Source: a virus (Duplodnaviria > Caudoviricetes). Taken from it: 52,320 bases of DNA. How positions within the stretch are numbered: the first letter of the stretch is position 1; every line of letters starts with the position of its first letter. Positions 1 to 9,649 of the stretch are shown piece by piece. Position numbers and translations under genes: made by a program. The notes below the pieces were generated by a model that was not told the DNA's origin, ran no database searches, and saw only the letters and a program-made list of their open reading frames with translations. Where the stretch lies: the IMG/VR virus record IMGVR_UViG_3300021964_000098, positions 1 to 52,320 of that record; one strand, 5' to 3'.

Positions 1-1254
1 AAATTATGTGGATGGTGTTACGTCTAATTTACAAACGCAACTAGACAACATCTCAGTAACTTCAGGCACTCTTACCAAGACATTCGCACAGGATGAAGTG
101 GCTACTATTACTTTGTCTAGCAGTATTGCTACGCCCGTAGTATCTGTGACTAAAGAAGTGGCTCAGTCAGGTGTAAGCAATAATGCGTGGGATGTTAATT
201 CAACGTCAGAGAACTACACCCGTTTAGACTCTGCTCCTGCGACTACTTTGGATTTTGTTCCAGACACATCAAATACAAGCTATTCAAATAAAAGTGTTTC
301 TGTAGCATCAACAGAGAATGGTTTGCAAGGTATTTACTTAAAAGATGATGGCACAAAAATGTATCTTGTAGGCTATCAAAATGATGCGGTTTTGCAGTAC
401 ACACTATCTACTGCTTATGACGTTTCTACAGCAACGTATGATTCTGTAAGTTTTAGCGTAACGCCAGAAGGAAACACCGTTCCAAGCGGTTTGTTTTTTA
501 AGCCTGATGGAACAAAAATGTATGTTCTTGGATATGGGAACGATACTGTTTTTCAATATGCCTTATCAACTGCTTGGGATATATCTACAGCATCTTATGA
601 GTCAAAAAGTTTTAATGTAAATAGCCAAGAAACACAACCGACTTTTGTTCACATGAATGATGATGGAACAAAAATGTACATCGTAGGTTTTACTAATAAT
701 ACTTTTTATCAATATACATTATCTACTGCGTATGATGTAAGCACAGCGTCTTATGAAACTTTTTATGACCCGTCTGAAGCAACTTCGCCAAAAAATCTAG
801 CATTTTTAGCAAATGGCTCTGTAATGATTATAGCTGATAACACTAATGACTCTCTGTATCAATACAGCTTGTCTACGGCATATGACATAAGCACAGCAAG
901 CTATGATTCCAAGTCATTTAGTTTGGCTTCTCAAGATAGTCAGCCAAATGGAATGTACATTACTTCTGATGGAAATCTTTATATTGCTGGTGGAGCAAAC
1001 AATACTGTCTTTCAGTATTCATTGCCTTATGGCAGCTTTTCTCTAGGCACAGGCTCATTTGCATCTGCTGACGTAGGCAAGACCATTGAAGCTAACAGTG
1101 GTGCGTTTGTTCTAACATCTACCGCTGGCGCTGTATCTCAAACTACTGCACCCACTTCATACGCTCAAGTAGCTTCAGGCTCTTGGGAGATGTATGGCGT
1201 TGTGTTTAACACGACTGATGGTGACTTGGAGTTGAGTGGCATAACAACGGGTCA
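1..1254. repeat. Terminal overlap with 51073-52320 (imperfect direct repeat; circular permutation or assembly bubble)
   Basis: 1-127 is identical to 51073-51199. 128-256 and 1052-1254 are near-identical to 51200-51328 and 52118-52320. The central ~790 nt is divergent. Confidence 0.95.
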
Positions 1255-3376
1255 GTTTGATGTATCTACGGCATCGTTTTCCCAAAACTTTTCAGTTTCA
1301 GCGCAAGAGGCATCCCCGCTAGGAGTAACCTTTAACACCGATGGAACAAAGATGTTTATTACTGGGCAGTCGGGAGACGATGTAAATGAGTATAATTTAA
1401 CTACTGGTTTTGATGTTTCCACTGCTAGCTATTCCCAAAACTTTTCAGTGTCATCACAAGAAACAAACCCACACGGAGTGGTTTTTAATACCGATGGCAC
1501 CAAGATGTTTGTCGTTGGTAGCGGAGGCGATGACGTAAACGAATATAATTTAACTACTGGCTTTGACGTTTCAACAGCAAGCTATAGTCAAAACTTTTCT
1601 GTTAGTTCGCAAGATACCAATCCAAGAAGCATAGCCTTTAACTCTGACGGCACCAAAATGTTTATGCTCGGTAGCAATGGTGCGGATGTTAATGAATATA
1701 CATTATCCAGCGGGTTTGATGTTTCTACTGCTAGTTATTCTCAAAACTTTTCAGTTTCATCACAAGAATCAGTTCCGGAAGGAATGGCCTTCAATACTGA
1801 CGGCACTAAGATGTTTATTACAGGAACGTCAGGAGATGATGTTAATGAATATACACTTTCAACCGGCTTTGATGTTTCCACAGCTTCATACTCTCAGAAT
1901 TTTTCGGTCTCAGCACAAGAAACAGAGCCAACAGGAATAGCCTTTAACTCTGACGGCACCAAAATGTTTATTGTTGGCACTAATGGAATAGAGGTAAATG
2001 AATACACATTAGGCTCAACAGCTATTCCGACTGGCTACCACGCAGTCCACACCACAACCTCTACAGACTCTACCTACTGGACTGACATTAACTCTATGAC
2101 CGCAGATGAAGCTGCTGGTGATGGAAGTATCTTCTACTGTATATCAACAGACGATAGGTCTACTTGGAAGATTGCCCATAACACTGACGGCATACGTTCT
2201 ATTGTTCGTAACAACTCAGGCACTTGGCAGTACAACTCTAACGGTACTTATGCGTCTACTACTTGGACTAACGCGACTACCAACACAGAGTTGAATGCTT
2301 TGCAGGAGGCTATGGAAGCATCAGGAGTAAACAACGCATACGATATTTCTACTGCTTCATTTGTGGATAGTTTTGACGTTAGCTCGCAAGAGACAGACCC
2401 AAGAGATGTCCGATTTAATACTGACGGCACAAAAATGTTCGTAATTGGCACATTTGGGGGAAAGGTACAGGAGTATACATTAACAACTGGCTTTGATGTT
2501 TCTACAGCAAGTTTTTCCCAATTTTTTAGTGTTTATAGCCAAGAGACAGATGCACGAGGTTTAGCATTTAATAATGACGGAACAAAGATGTTTGTTGTCG
2601 GAATAGACGGTGATGATGTAAATGAATACACACTTTCTACTGGCTTTGATGTTTCAACTGCAAGTTACTCACAAAATTTCTCAGTCGCATCGCAGGAAAC
2701 AGCTCCTCAAGGAATAACATTTAATAATGATGGAACTAAAATGTTTATTGTGGGAAATGTTGGAGATGACGTTAATGAATATACATTGACTACAGGTTTT
2801 GACGTTTCAACAGCTTCTTATTCACAAAACTTTTCAGTCGCATCACAAGAAACAGCACCATCTGGAATCGCGTTTAATGCAGATGGGACTAAAATGTTTA
2901 TCTGTGGCGGAGGAGGAGACGATGTAAACGAGTATACATTAACTACGGGTTTTGATGTATCTACAGCATCTTATACGCAAAATTTTTCTGTATCGTCTCA
3001 AGAAACAAGCGTTGAAGGAGTAACATTTAATAATGACGGCAGTAAAATGTTTCTTGTCGGAATAGACGGTGATGATGTTAATGAATATACAGTAGGAACA
3101 GTGGTCTATCCAAACCAAATGAACAAGACGCAGCTTGACGCTGTATCTGACGCAAACCACTTCACACTAGCTAATGACCTAGATTTAGGCATTATCTTCA
3201 ACCTATCTAGCGGCACTACGGTTCCTTCCAGTGACGGTGTATCTATTAACTACGATGCCAACGTCCTGAACAAAGGAGCTATCTTAGGCACTGATTACGA
3301 CTTTGATGCTCCTGCGGCTACTAAGGTGAGGATAACTGCACTGGCTGCTAATAACCTGAAGGTGCGGGTGGTTTGA
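2..3376 (+). CDS. Tail fibre / receptor-binding protein with three blocks of five ~51-aa beta-propeller-type repeats (5' truncated; N-terminus represented by the ORF at 50915)
   Basis: Repeat FDVSTASYSQNFSVSxQETxPxGxAFNxDGTKMFxxGxxGDDVNEYTLTTG occurs 15 times in three blocks. The frame is open from the window start, and nt 1-127 equal 51073-51199. Confidence 0.8.
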   Translation, partial: NYVDGVTSNLQTQLDNISVTSGTLTKTFAQDEVATITLSSSIATPVVSVTKEVAQSGVSNNAWDVNSTSENYTRLDSAPATTLDFVPDTSNTSYSNKSVSVASTENGLQGIYLKDDGTKMYLVGYQNDAVLQYTLSTAYDVSTATYDSVSFSVTPEGNTVPSGLFFKPDGTKMYVLGYGNDTVFQYALSTAWDISTASYESKSFNVNSQETQPTFVHMNDDGTKMYIVGFTNNTFYQYTLSTAYDVSTASYETFYDPSEATSPKNLAFLANGSVMIIADNTNDSLYQYSLSTAYDISTASYDSKSFSLASQDSQPNGMYITSDGNLYIAGGANNTVFQYSLPYGSFSLGTGSFASADVGKTIEANSGAFVLTSTAGAVSQTTAPTSYAQVASGSWEMYGVVFNTTDGDLELSGITTGQFDVSTASFSQNFSVSAQEASPLGVTFNTDGTKMFITGQSGDDVNEYNLTTGFDVSTASYSQNFSVSSQETNPHGVVFNTDGTKMFVVGSGGDDVNEYNLTTGFDVSTASYSQNFSVSSQDTNPRSIAFNSDGTKMFMLGSNGADVNEYTLSSGFDVSTASYSQNFSVSSQESVPEGMAFNTDGTKMFITGTSGDDVNEYTLSTGFDVSTASYSQNFSVSAQETEPTGIAFNSDGTKMFIVGTNGIEVNEYTLGSTAIPTGYHAVHTTTSTDSTYWTDINSMTADEAAGDGSIFYCISTDDRSTWKIAHNTDGIRSIVRNNSGTWQYNSNGTYASTTWTNATTNTELNALQEAMEASGVNNAYDISTASFVDSFDVSSQETDPRDVRFNTDGTKMFVIGTFGGKVQEYTLTTGFDVSTASFSQFFSVYSQETDARGLAFNNDGTKMFVVGIDGDDVNEYTLSTGFDVSTASYSQNFSVASQETAPQGITFNNDGTKMFIVGNVGDDVNEYTLTTGFDVSTASYSQNFSVASQETAPSGIAFNADGTKMFICGGGGDDVNEYTLTTGFDVSTASYTQNFSVSSQETSVEGVTFNNDGSKMFLVGIDGDDVNEYTVGTVVYPNQMNKTQLDAVSDANHFTLANDLDLGIIFNLSSGTTVPSSDGVSINYDANVLNKGAILGTDYDFDAPAATKVRITALAANNLKVRVV

Positions 3377-3589
3377 TTGGTTCATGTCTTTATCCTTATA
3401 GTACTCATAGGAGGCGAGGAAGCGTCTAGCACTTGTGATCAAGCAATGTGTTTCTATGACGTAAACAGATGTAATTACTTTGCAAGCAAGTTGAGATGGA
3501 GAGGATCTCCAAGTACATCTAGCCCCATCTCAGCTTACTGCAAGCCAATCTTGGTTGATTCAAGTCAAGAAGGCGTGAGGATCTACTAG
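3377..3589 (+). CDS. Small hypothetical protein with hydrophobic N-terminus and four Cys
   Basis: 70-aa ORF tightly packed between neighbours; signal-like N-terminus. Confidence 0.6.
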   Translation: MVHVFILIVLIGGEEASSTCDQAMCFYDVNRCNYFASKLRWRGSPSTSSPISAYCKPILVDSSQEGVRIY

Positions 3590-4056
3590 TGGCAGCAGAA
3601 ATCATAGCAGCCGTTTCAGCGGCTAATCAAGCTTTTAATTTTATTAAGAAAGCTGTACATAAAGGAAGAGAATTACAAGATCTAACCAATGCTATAGGTG
3701 CTTTTTGGGATGCTCGTGAAGAGGTTAGTGTCCTTGAACAGAAAGCAACAAATCCTAGCAAAATGCAAAAGATATTTGGTGGTAAGTCTGTAGAAGCCCA
3801 AGCATTAGAAGTGACATTGCAGAAACAACGTGCAGAAAATTTAGAGCGAGAATTAAAAGATATATTTTTATGGACAGGGAATGGTCATCTTTGGACTGAA
3901 ATGATACGCGAAAGGTCACGTATAAGAAACACTAGAATTGCAGCAGCTAAACAAGCCGCTCAAACAAAAGCAGCAATGATAGACTTAGCAATTATTGGTG
4001 GAACTGTAATTGGTATATTTATAATTGCAATGGGAGCTACCTCCATTATACTATAA
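3589..4056 (+). CDS. Hypothetical membrane-anchored coiled-coil protein
   Basis: 155 aa, C-terminal hydrophobic helix, start overlaps upstream stop. Confidence 0.7.
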   Translation: MAAEIIAAVSAANQAFNFIKKAVHKGRELQDLTNAIGAFWDAREEVSVLEQKATNPSKMQKIFGGKSVEAQALEVTLQKQRAENLERELKDIFLWTGNGHLWTEMIRERSRIRNTRIAAAKQAAQTKAAMIDLAIIGGTVIGIFIIAMGATSIIL

Positions 4057-4070
4057 AATGGAATTAAGAT

Positions 4071-4313
4071 ATGGATCAGTTAGAATTAGAAAAAATAATT
4101 AGTCAAGCTGCTCAAGAGGGAGCAAAGCAAGCACTAAAAGATATTGGGCTGTCAGACCAAGAAGCCTATGATGATGTAAAAGAGCTAAGAAATCTTTTAG
4201 ATGTTTGGAGGGCTACTAAGTCTACAGTAGGACAGACTATTGCTAGGATGCTTACTACCTCAATTTTAACTGCTTTGGCTATAGGCATTTGGATGTCTTG
4301 GGGTGTGGAATGA
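4071..4313 (+). CDS. DUF6127-like small membrane protein
   Basis: Pattern GAKQALKDIGL...DVKELRNLL...QT..R..T..L.AL.IGI recalled from this family; C-terminal TM helix. Confidence 0.55.
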   Translation: MDQLELEKIISQAAQEGAKQALKDIGLSDQEAYDDVKELRNLLDVWRATKSTVGQTIARMLTTSILTALAIGIWMSWGVE

Positions 4314-4717
4314 TGGGATTAGTAGATACACTAATAGGGCCTGTATCTTCTATACTAGATAAGTTTATAGAAGATAAAGATAAAAAAGCACAGCTTGCTC
4401 ATGAGATAGCTACCATGAGTGAAAAACACGCGAACGAGGTAGTAAAAGCTCAACTAGAGATTAACAAAACAGAGGCTCAACATCACAGTATGTTTGTAGC
4501 GGGGTGGCGGCCTGCGATAGGCTGGGTATGTTGCCTTGGTATGGCTGGTAATTTTCTTATTATTCCATTTGTCAATATGGCACTAGAATTAATGGAAACT
4601 GGAGTATTAGTTCCTATGATTGAGCTAGATTTAATGATGCCTGTGTTGATGGGTATGTTAGGTCTAGGAGCTATGCGAACTGTAGAAAAAGTTAAAAAGG
4701 TAGATAGGAAAGCATAA
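4310..4717 (+). CDS. Holin, 3TM (GTA-holin-like) family
   Basis: WRPAIGWVC motif and LMGMLGLGAMRTVEKVK end. Likely start is the Met-Met at 4310/4313, overlapping the upstream stop. Confidence 0.8.
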   Translation: MMGLVDTLIGPVSSILDKFIEDKDKKAQLAHEIATMSEKHANEVVKAQLEINKTEAQHHSMFVAGWRPAIGWVCCLGMAGNFLIIPFVNMALELMETGVLVPMIELDLMMPVLMGMLGLGAMRTVEKVKKVDRKA

Positions 4718-4992
4718 TGAAAGATTCTAGACTAGAAAGAGCTGGAGTGGCTGGGTTTAACAAACCTAAGCGTACACCTAAGCATCCTACTAAGAGTCAT
4801 GTTGTTGTAGCCAAAGTAGGCGATCAAGTTAAGACTATACGTTTTGGTCAGCAAGGCGTTTCTGGTGCAGGTAAAAATCCTCAGTCAGCATCTGAAAAGT
4901 CTAGGAGAAAATCTTTTAAGGCTCGTCATGCTAAAAATATTTCTAAAGGTAAAATGTCAGCGGCTTACTGGGCTGATAAGGTCAAGTGGTGA
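4717..4992 (+). CDS. Small basic conserved phage protein
   Basis: 91 aa, K/R-rich, KTIRFGQQG and SAAYWADKVKW motifs; TAATG coupling to the holin. Confidence 0.7.
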   Translation: MKDSRLERAGVAGFNKPKRTPKHPTKSHVVVAKVGDQVKTIRFGQQGVSGAGKNPQSASEKSRRKSFKARHAKNISKGKMSAAYWADKVKW

Positions 4993-4997
4993 TATAG

Positions 4998-7900
4998 ATG
5001 GCTAAAAGAAAAAAATATCAGATCGGCGGTAGGACTGACGAATTTTACTACGGCGAAGAAACTGAAGGTAGAGATATTGGTATTGATCCTAATCTTGATC
5101 TAGGTACTGTTAACATTACCCCTCCTCCTCCGGGTGGTGGTAACGGTGGTGATGATGGTGGTAATGGTGGTAATGGTGGTGATGATGGTGGTAATGGCGG
5201 TAGTCCTGATCTTACTACTCAAGTTTTACAGTTTGCAGGAAGAGAAGGAGGAGCATCTAATTTAGATATTGCTAATTACATTACTCAAATTGGAGCTGAT
5301 GTAAATAAAGTAGCAGATGCTATGGGTATAGACAGAGAAAGAGCTAATACAGTATTTAATGCGCTTTCAGATGATAAAACTGCTGACTTTGTTAGATATC
5401 AAGAACAAAATCCTAATGCTACAAATCAACAGTTAGCTCAGTTTGTAAAAGATACAGGAGCTGATATAGGTTTAGTGGCTGATGCCCTTGAGATTGATAG
5501 GGATGTAGGTCTTCAGATGTATAGGGACGCTTTGGGTTCTGCTGGAGAAACAGAAAAAGTAGCAGAGACTGTTGTTACAGGAATTACTTCAGAAACTCCG
5601 GGTACATATCGCGCTCCTACTGTTGATGTAGCCGATTATGTTCAGCCTCCTGAAGTAACTAAAGTAGATATAAGTGCTGGTGTAACTCCTCAAAGTGCTA
5701 TACAGCAACTTAATAAATTTGTTGATATACCTCCTCCTCCCGCTGTAACAGCCACTCAAATACAAGCTGCTACTGCTAGTGTTGCAGATGCAATAACTAA
5801 AAATCAAATAGATGCTTCACAATATGAAGCAGCCTTAGCAGAGGAGTTAAACAGAACTGTACCCGCCATAGGTACACAACGTCCTCCTATTACTGTAGAA
5901 GAAATTAAAGATATATCTTCTAGAGCGCAAGCCGCTACAATGGGAGACGTTACGGCAGGACTTGCACAGGCTGCTGACTTTACTATCAGCCCTGATGCTT
6001 TTGTGCCGGGAGTTACCGCAGCAGATATCAGAGTTGCACAGACTCCTGAGATTGAAGCACAACAACGAGAAGCTATTACAGGAACTGCTGGATCTGGCAT
6101 AGAAGCTCAAATACTAGAGACTGTTAACTATCAAGCTGCTCAAACTAGAGCTATCAAAGGCACAGCCGCTAAAGGTGCTGCTGCCTCTATGGTTGCTGAA
6201 GTGGGAGAGCTACCTGATGCTGTTGCTTCTGCTATTGTTGAAGATCCTGCAAATGTTGAAGCTATAGTAGATACACAGCCTGTTGAAATACAAGCTGCTG
6301 TTGCTGCCCTGCCCAACGAAGCTTTGGTATCTTCACAACTAGAAACACTTCTAGGTGGTTTGGAAGATGGACAGATACCAACATGGGCTAGGCCAGCCGT
6401 AGATATAGTTGAGCAGCGTTTGGCACAAAGAGGCATGGAAGTTTCTACAGTAGCTAGAGATGCTTTGTTTAATGCTATTATTCAAACATCTTTACCTATA
6501 GCTGAATCTAATGCACAAGCATTACAACAACGTGCCGCCCAGAACTTATCAAACGAACAGCAAGCAGCTCTTCAGCAGCAGTCTTCTCAAATGCAGTTAA
6601 GACTACAGAACCTTGCAAATCAACAAACTTCTGCAAGCCAAACAGCACAGATGGCGCAGAGCATGGCGCAGCTTCAAAGCCAGTTCCGTCAAGATGCGGC
6701 TTTGTTATCAGCACAGCAAGCACAGCAGATTCGTACACAGAACTTGGCAAACCGCCAAAGATCTGCTGAGTTAAATGCTCAGAACCAACAAGCTTCAAAT
6801 GCTCAAAATTTATCTAACGAACAACAGATGGAGCTTGCTAATCTTGAGGCTATGAATCTCACAGAGCGTGAGAACATGACAGCCGAGAACCAAGCAAGGC
6901 TTGCAGAGTTTCAAGTAGCAGCAGACTTTATATCTAAGAATGCAGCGTTTAAGCAGCAGATGGAATTAGCAAACCTAGATGCTGATCAGCAAGTAAGGCT
7001 TGCAAATCTTACAGCACTAAACAATGCTAGTTCAGACAACTTAAATGCTGCTCAACAAACAGAGCTTGCCAACCTGAATGCAAGAATGCAAACTAATCTG
7101 GCACAGGCGCAGATAGCTCAGTCAATGGGTGTTGCCCAGCTTAATGCTGACCAGCAAAGAGCTGTTGAAAACGCTAGAATGGTAGCTAATATTGATCTGA
7201 CTAAGTTCAATGCAGATCAGCAAGTGCAACTAGCAAACAGCCAGTTTATGCAGACTATTACGCTAACAGACTTTAATGCTAGGCAGCAAGCAGCTATGCA
7301 AAATGCTACAGCTTTAGCGTCTTTAGATCTTGCTACTGTTGATCAGAGAACTAGAGTAGCTATAGAAAATGCAAATAACTTTTTACAGATGGATATAGCT
7401 AATCTGTCTAATGCACAACAAGCTACTATTTTAGATCAGCAAATGGCGCAGCAAAGATTGTTGTCTGATCAATCAGCACAAAATTCAGCGGCTCAGTTTA
7501 ACGCTTCAACAGAAGCTCAGATTAATCAGTTCAATGCTAATCTTGCAGCACAGATAGAACAGTTTAATGCTTCTCAACTAAATGCTATGGCACAGTTTAA
7601 TGTGACTGAACAGAACAGAGTAGCTGCTATTAACGCAGGAAACGAGATAGATGTTCAGAAGTTCAATAATCAACTTACTTCACAGCTTGATCAGTTTAAT
7701 GCACAAATGGATCAGCAAAGAGAGATATGGAATGCTCAAAACGCTCAAGCTATAGAGCAGTCTAATATTGAATGGCGTAGACAGGCTAATACTATTAACA
7801 CTGCCGCAGAGAATGCAGCAAACGCTACAGCGGCTCAACAGGCATATAACTTGTCAACACAAGAACTTGCTAACGTATGGCAGCAGTTACGTGATGACTC

Positions 7901-8048
7901 TACCTATGCGCGAACAGCCTACCAAAACGAACAACAACGACAAACTACTTTGTATGCAACTGCACTTTCAAATGACCCCGGAGAAGCCGGAAGCACAGAG
8001 TATGTAGATAAACTTATTGCAACTGTTGATAAGATGTATGAGGATTAA
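4998..8048 (+). CDS. Internal virion (ejection / DNA-pilot-like) protein, Q/A/N-rich coiled coil
   Basis: 1016 aa; Gly-Asn-Asp linker; C-terminal half is Q/N/A-rich with 11-residue periodicity; lies in the ejection-protein cluster. Confidence 0.7.
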   Translation: MAKRKKYQIGGRTDEFYYGEETEGRDIGIDPNLDLGTVNITPPPPGGGNGGDDGGNGGNGGDDGGNGGSPDLTTQVLQFAGREGGASNLDIANYITQIGADVNKVADAMGIDRERANTVFNALSDDKTADFVRYQEQNPNATNQQLAQFVKDTGADIGLVADALEIDRDVGLQMYRDALGSAGETEKVAETVVTGITSETPGTYRAPTVDVADYVQPPEVTKVDISAGVTPQSAIQQLNKFVDIPPPPAVTATQIQAATASVADAITKNQIDASQYEAALAEELNRTVPAIGTQRPPITVEEIKDISSRAQAATMGDVTAGLAQAADFTISPDAFVPGVTAADIRVAQTPEIEAQQREAITGTAGSGIEAQILETVNYQAAQTRAIKGTAAKGAAASMVAEVGELPDAVASAIVEDPANVEAIVDTQPVEIQAAVAALPNEALVSSQLETLLGGLEDGQIPTWARPAVDIVEQRLAQRGMEVSTVARDALFNAIIQTSLPIAESNAQALQQRAAQNLSNEQQAALQQQSSQMQLRLQNLANQQTSASQTAQMAQSMAQLQSQFRQDAALLSAQQAQQIRTQNLANRQRSAELNAQNQQASNAQNLSNEQQMELANLEAMNLTERENMTAENQARLAEFQVAADFISKNAAFKQQMELANLDADQQVRLANLTALNNASSDNLNAAQQTELANLNARMQTNLAQAQIAQSMGVAQLNADQQRAVENARMVANIDLTKFNADQQVQLANSQFMQTITLTDFNARQQAAMQNATALASLDLATVDQRTRVAIENANNFLQMDIANLSNAQQATILDQQMAQQRLLSDQSAQNSAAQFNASTEAQINQFNANLAAQIEQFNASQLNAMAQFNVTEQNRVAAINAGNEIDVQKFNNQLTSQLDQFNAQMDQQREIWNAQNAQAIEQSNIEWRRQANTINTAAENAANATAAQQAYNLSTQELANVWQQLRDDSTYARTAYQNEQQRQTTLYATALSNDPGEAGSTEYVDKLIATVDKMYED

Positions 8049-8050
8049 TT

Positions 8051-9088
8051 ATGGGATTTTTTAGTAAAGTTTTTAAAGGCGTAAAAAAAGTCTTTAAAAA
8101 GATTGGCAAGGGCATCAAAAAAGTTGCCGTAAAAGTTGGCAAGTTTATGAACGAGATTGGCGTTGTTGGTCAGATTGCTATGGCTTTTATACTTCCGGGT
8201 ATTGGTAGTGCACTAGCATCTACTTTAGGAAAGGTAGGAACATGGGCAGCAGCAGCTCTTGCTAATCCTGCTACTAACGCTTTGGTAAAAGGTGTTGCTC
8301 ATGTTGTTAATGGAGCTGCTAGATTTGCCGCAGGAGCAGGTAGAGTGTTTAACACTGTTACTAGTGCGGTTAAAAACTTTACAGGTGAAGTAGGTAAAAC
8401 ACTTCTTAACAAAATTCCGGGTATCAATGTTGAAGGAGCTGCTACAAATATCTTTGGGCAGGGAGGTGCATTAGAAGTAGCGGCTGGTAAAACTGTAGAA
8501 ACTTGGAACACTACTATAGGAAGTGCAGATTGGTGGAAAGATATTGGCAGATCTCCTGAAAATATACCTCCGGGTTTTACAGGGCCTCCAGAGCTACAGA
8601 GCGAATACACGCCGCTAAAAGCTACTGACGATCCTATGGCTAGAGTATTTACTGATCCAACAGATCCTAACTTTATAGCTGAAGGGGCTTATGGCGAGTT
8701 GCCTGCTGACTCTTCTTTGTTGCAAGGGCCTATGACTCCACAGGCTGAAGCATTTGTAGCTCCTGATATTCCTGCTTCAGTAGTAAGTGATGTAGCTGAA
8801 GATGTTGGTAAAGATTATCTTATCACAGAGCGTAGTTTAGCGGCGGCTGGGACAGAAGCAGTGAAGGCGGTTGGACAAAGCCTTATGGCTCCAGAGCAGC
8901 CTGAGTATGATTACAGAGGCGGTAGAGGAACAATTGTAGTTGCAGAGAATGCTTATGAAGTACAGCCCGGACAAGCCGGTACAATGTCTCAAATGCCAGC
9001 AGTAGGTTATGGTATGCCTATGATTCAGTATGATGCTTTATATAAACCAGCAGGAATGTATTCTAGAAGAATGCAAGGTCTAGTGTAA
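8051..9088 (+). CDS. Internal virion protein with cationic amphipathic N-terminus
   Basis: MGFFSKVFKGVKKVFKKIGKGIKKV followed by a Gly/Ala-rich hydrophobic segment; GAGG RBS. Confidence 0.7.
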   Translation: MGFFSKVFKGVKKVFKKIGKGIKKVAVKVGKFMNEIGVVGQIAMAFILPGIGSALASTLGKVGTWAAAALANPATNALVKGVAHVVNGAARFAAGAGRVFNTVTSAVKNFTGEVGKTLLNKIPGINVEGAATNIFGQGGALEVAAGKTVETWNTTIGSADWWKDIGRSPENIPPGFTGPPELQSEYTPLKATDDPMARVFTDPTDPNFIAEGAYGELPADSSLLQGPMTPQAEAFVAPDIPASVVSDVAEDVGKDYLITERSLAAAGTEAVKAVGQSLMAPEQPEYDYRGGRGTIVVAENAYEVQPGQAGTMSQMPAVGYGMPMIQYDALYKPAGMYSRRMQGLV

Positions 9089-9089
9089 T

Positions 9090-9644
9090 ATGGATACAAA
9101 CTACGTTAACCAAATTTTAAAAGCCGAAAGATCTATTCCGGGCCAATCGTTAACTAACGATCCCGAGCAGCGTTATGAGTTTGAAAAGGCTCCTGAAATA
9201 ACTAACCTGCGTGAAGGTATTGAGTTTGTTTTTGTAAAAATAACTTCTGAAGAAACTTATCCACAGATCTTAGAGCTTGTAGGATCTGGTATTTCTGTTA
9301 TGGAGATTACACAGAACATTCTTTATCAAGGGTTTGATAGGGGTGTTTGGAATCCTGATCTTATGATGTTGTTAGCAGAGCCTACGGCGTACATGATTAT
9401 GGCACTGGCTGAAAGAGCAGACATAGACTACGTAATCTATCAGGGCGAAGAAGAAGAAGAAGCCGCTGAGAATGCTGCTACTGGTTATAGCGAGCAAGAG
9501 TCTAGATTAAATGAATACAAAAAGACTAACCAAATACCTCAGGGAGCTTTGCCTGAAGAAATAGTAGAAAAGATATCTACTATGGAACCTCCACAAGAAG
9601 AAAGCTTGATGGCTAGACCAGAACCTAGCTTGTTACAAGGATAA
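9090..9644 (+). CDS. Conserved hypothetical virion-associated protein
   Basis: 184 aa, IPGQSLT...FEKAP and G.WNPDLMMLLAEP motifs; operon position. Confidence 0.65.
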   Translation: MDTNYVNQILKAERSIPGQSLTNDPEQRYEFEKAPEITNLREGIEFVFVKITSEETYPQILELVGSGISVMEITQNILYQGFDRGVWNPDLMMLLAEPTAYMIMALAERADIDYVIYQGEEEEEAAENAATGYSEQESRLNEYKKTNQIPQGALPEEIVEKISTMEPPQEESLMARPEPSLLQG

Positions 9645-9649
9645 AGAAT

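Noticed and set aside
1255-3100. Regular ~153-nt repeats as a possible CRISPR array
   Set aside because: They are in-frame coding repeats with synonymous variation, have no fixed repeat-spacer structure, and there is no cas operon.
5133-5201. GGT-rich tandem repeat as a regulatory or contingency locus
   Set aside because: It is an in-frame Gly-Gly-Asn/Asp linker. Unit lengths are multiples of three, so there is no phase variation.
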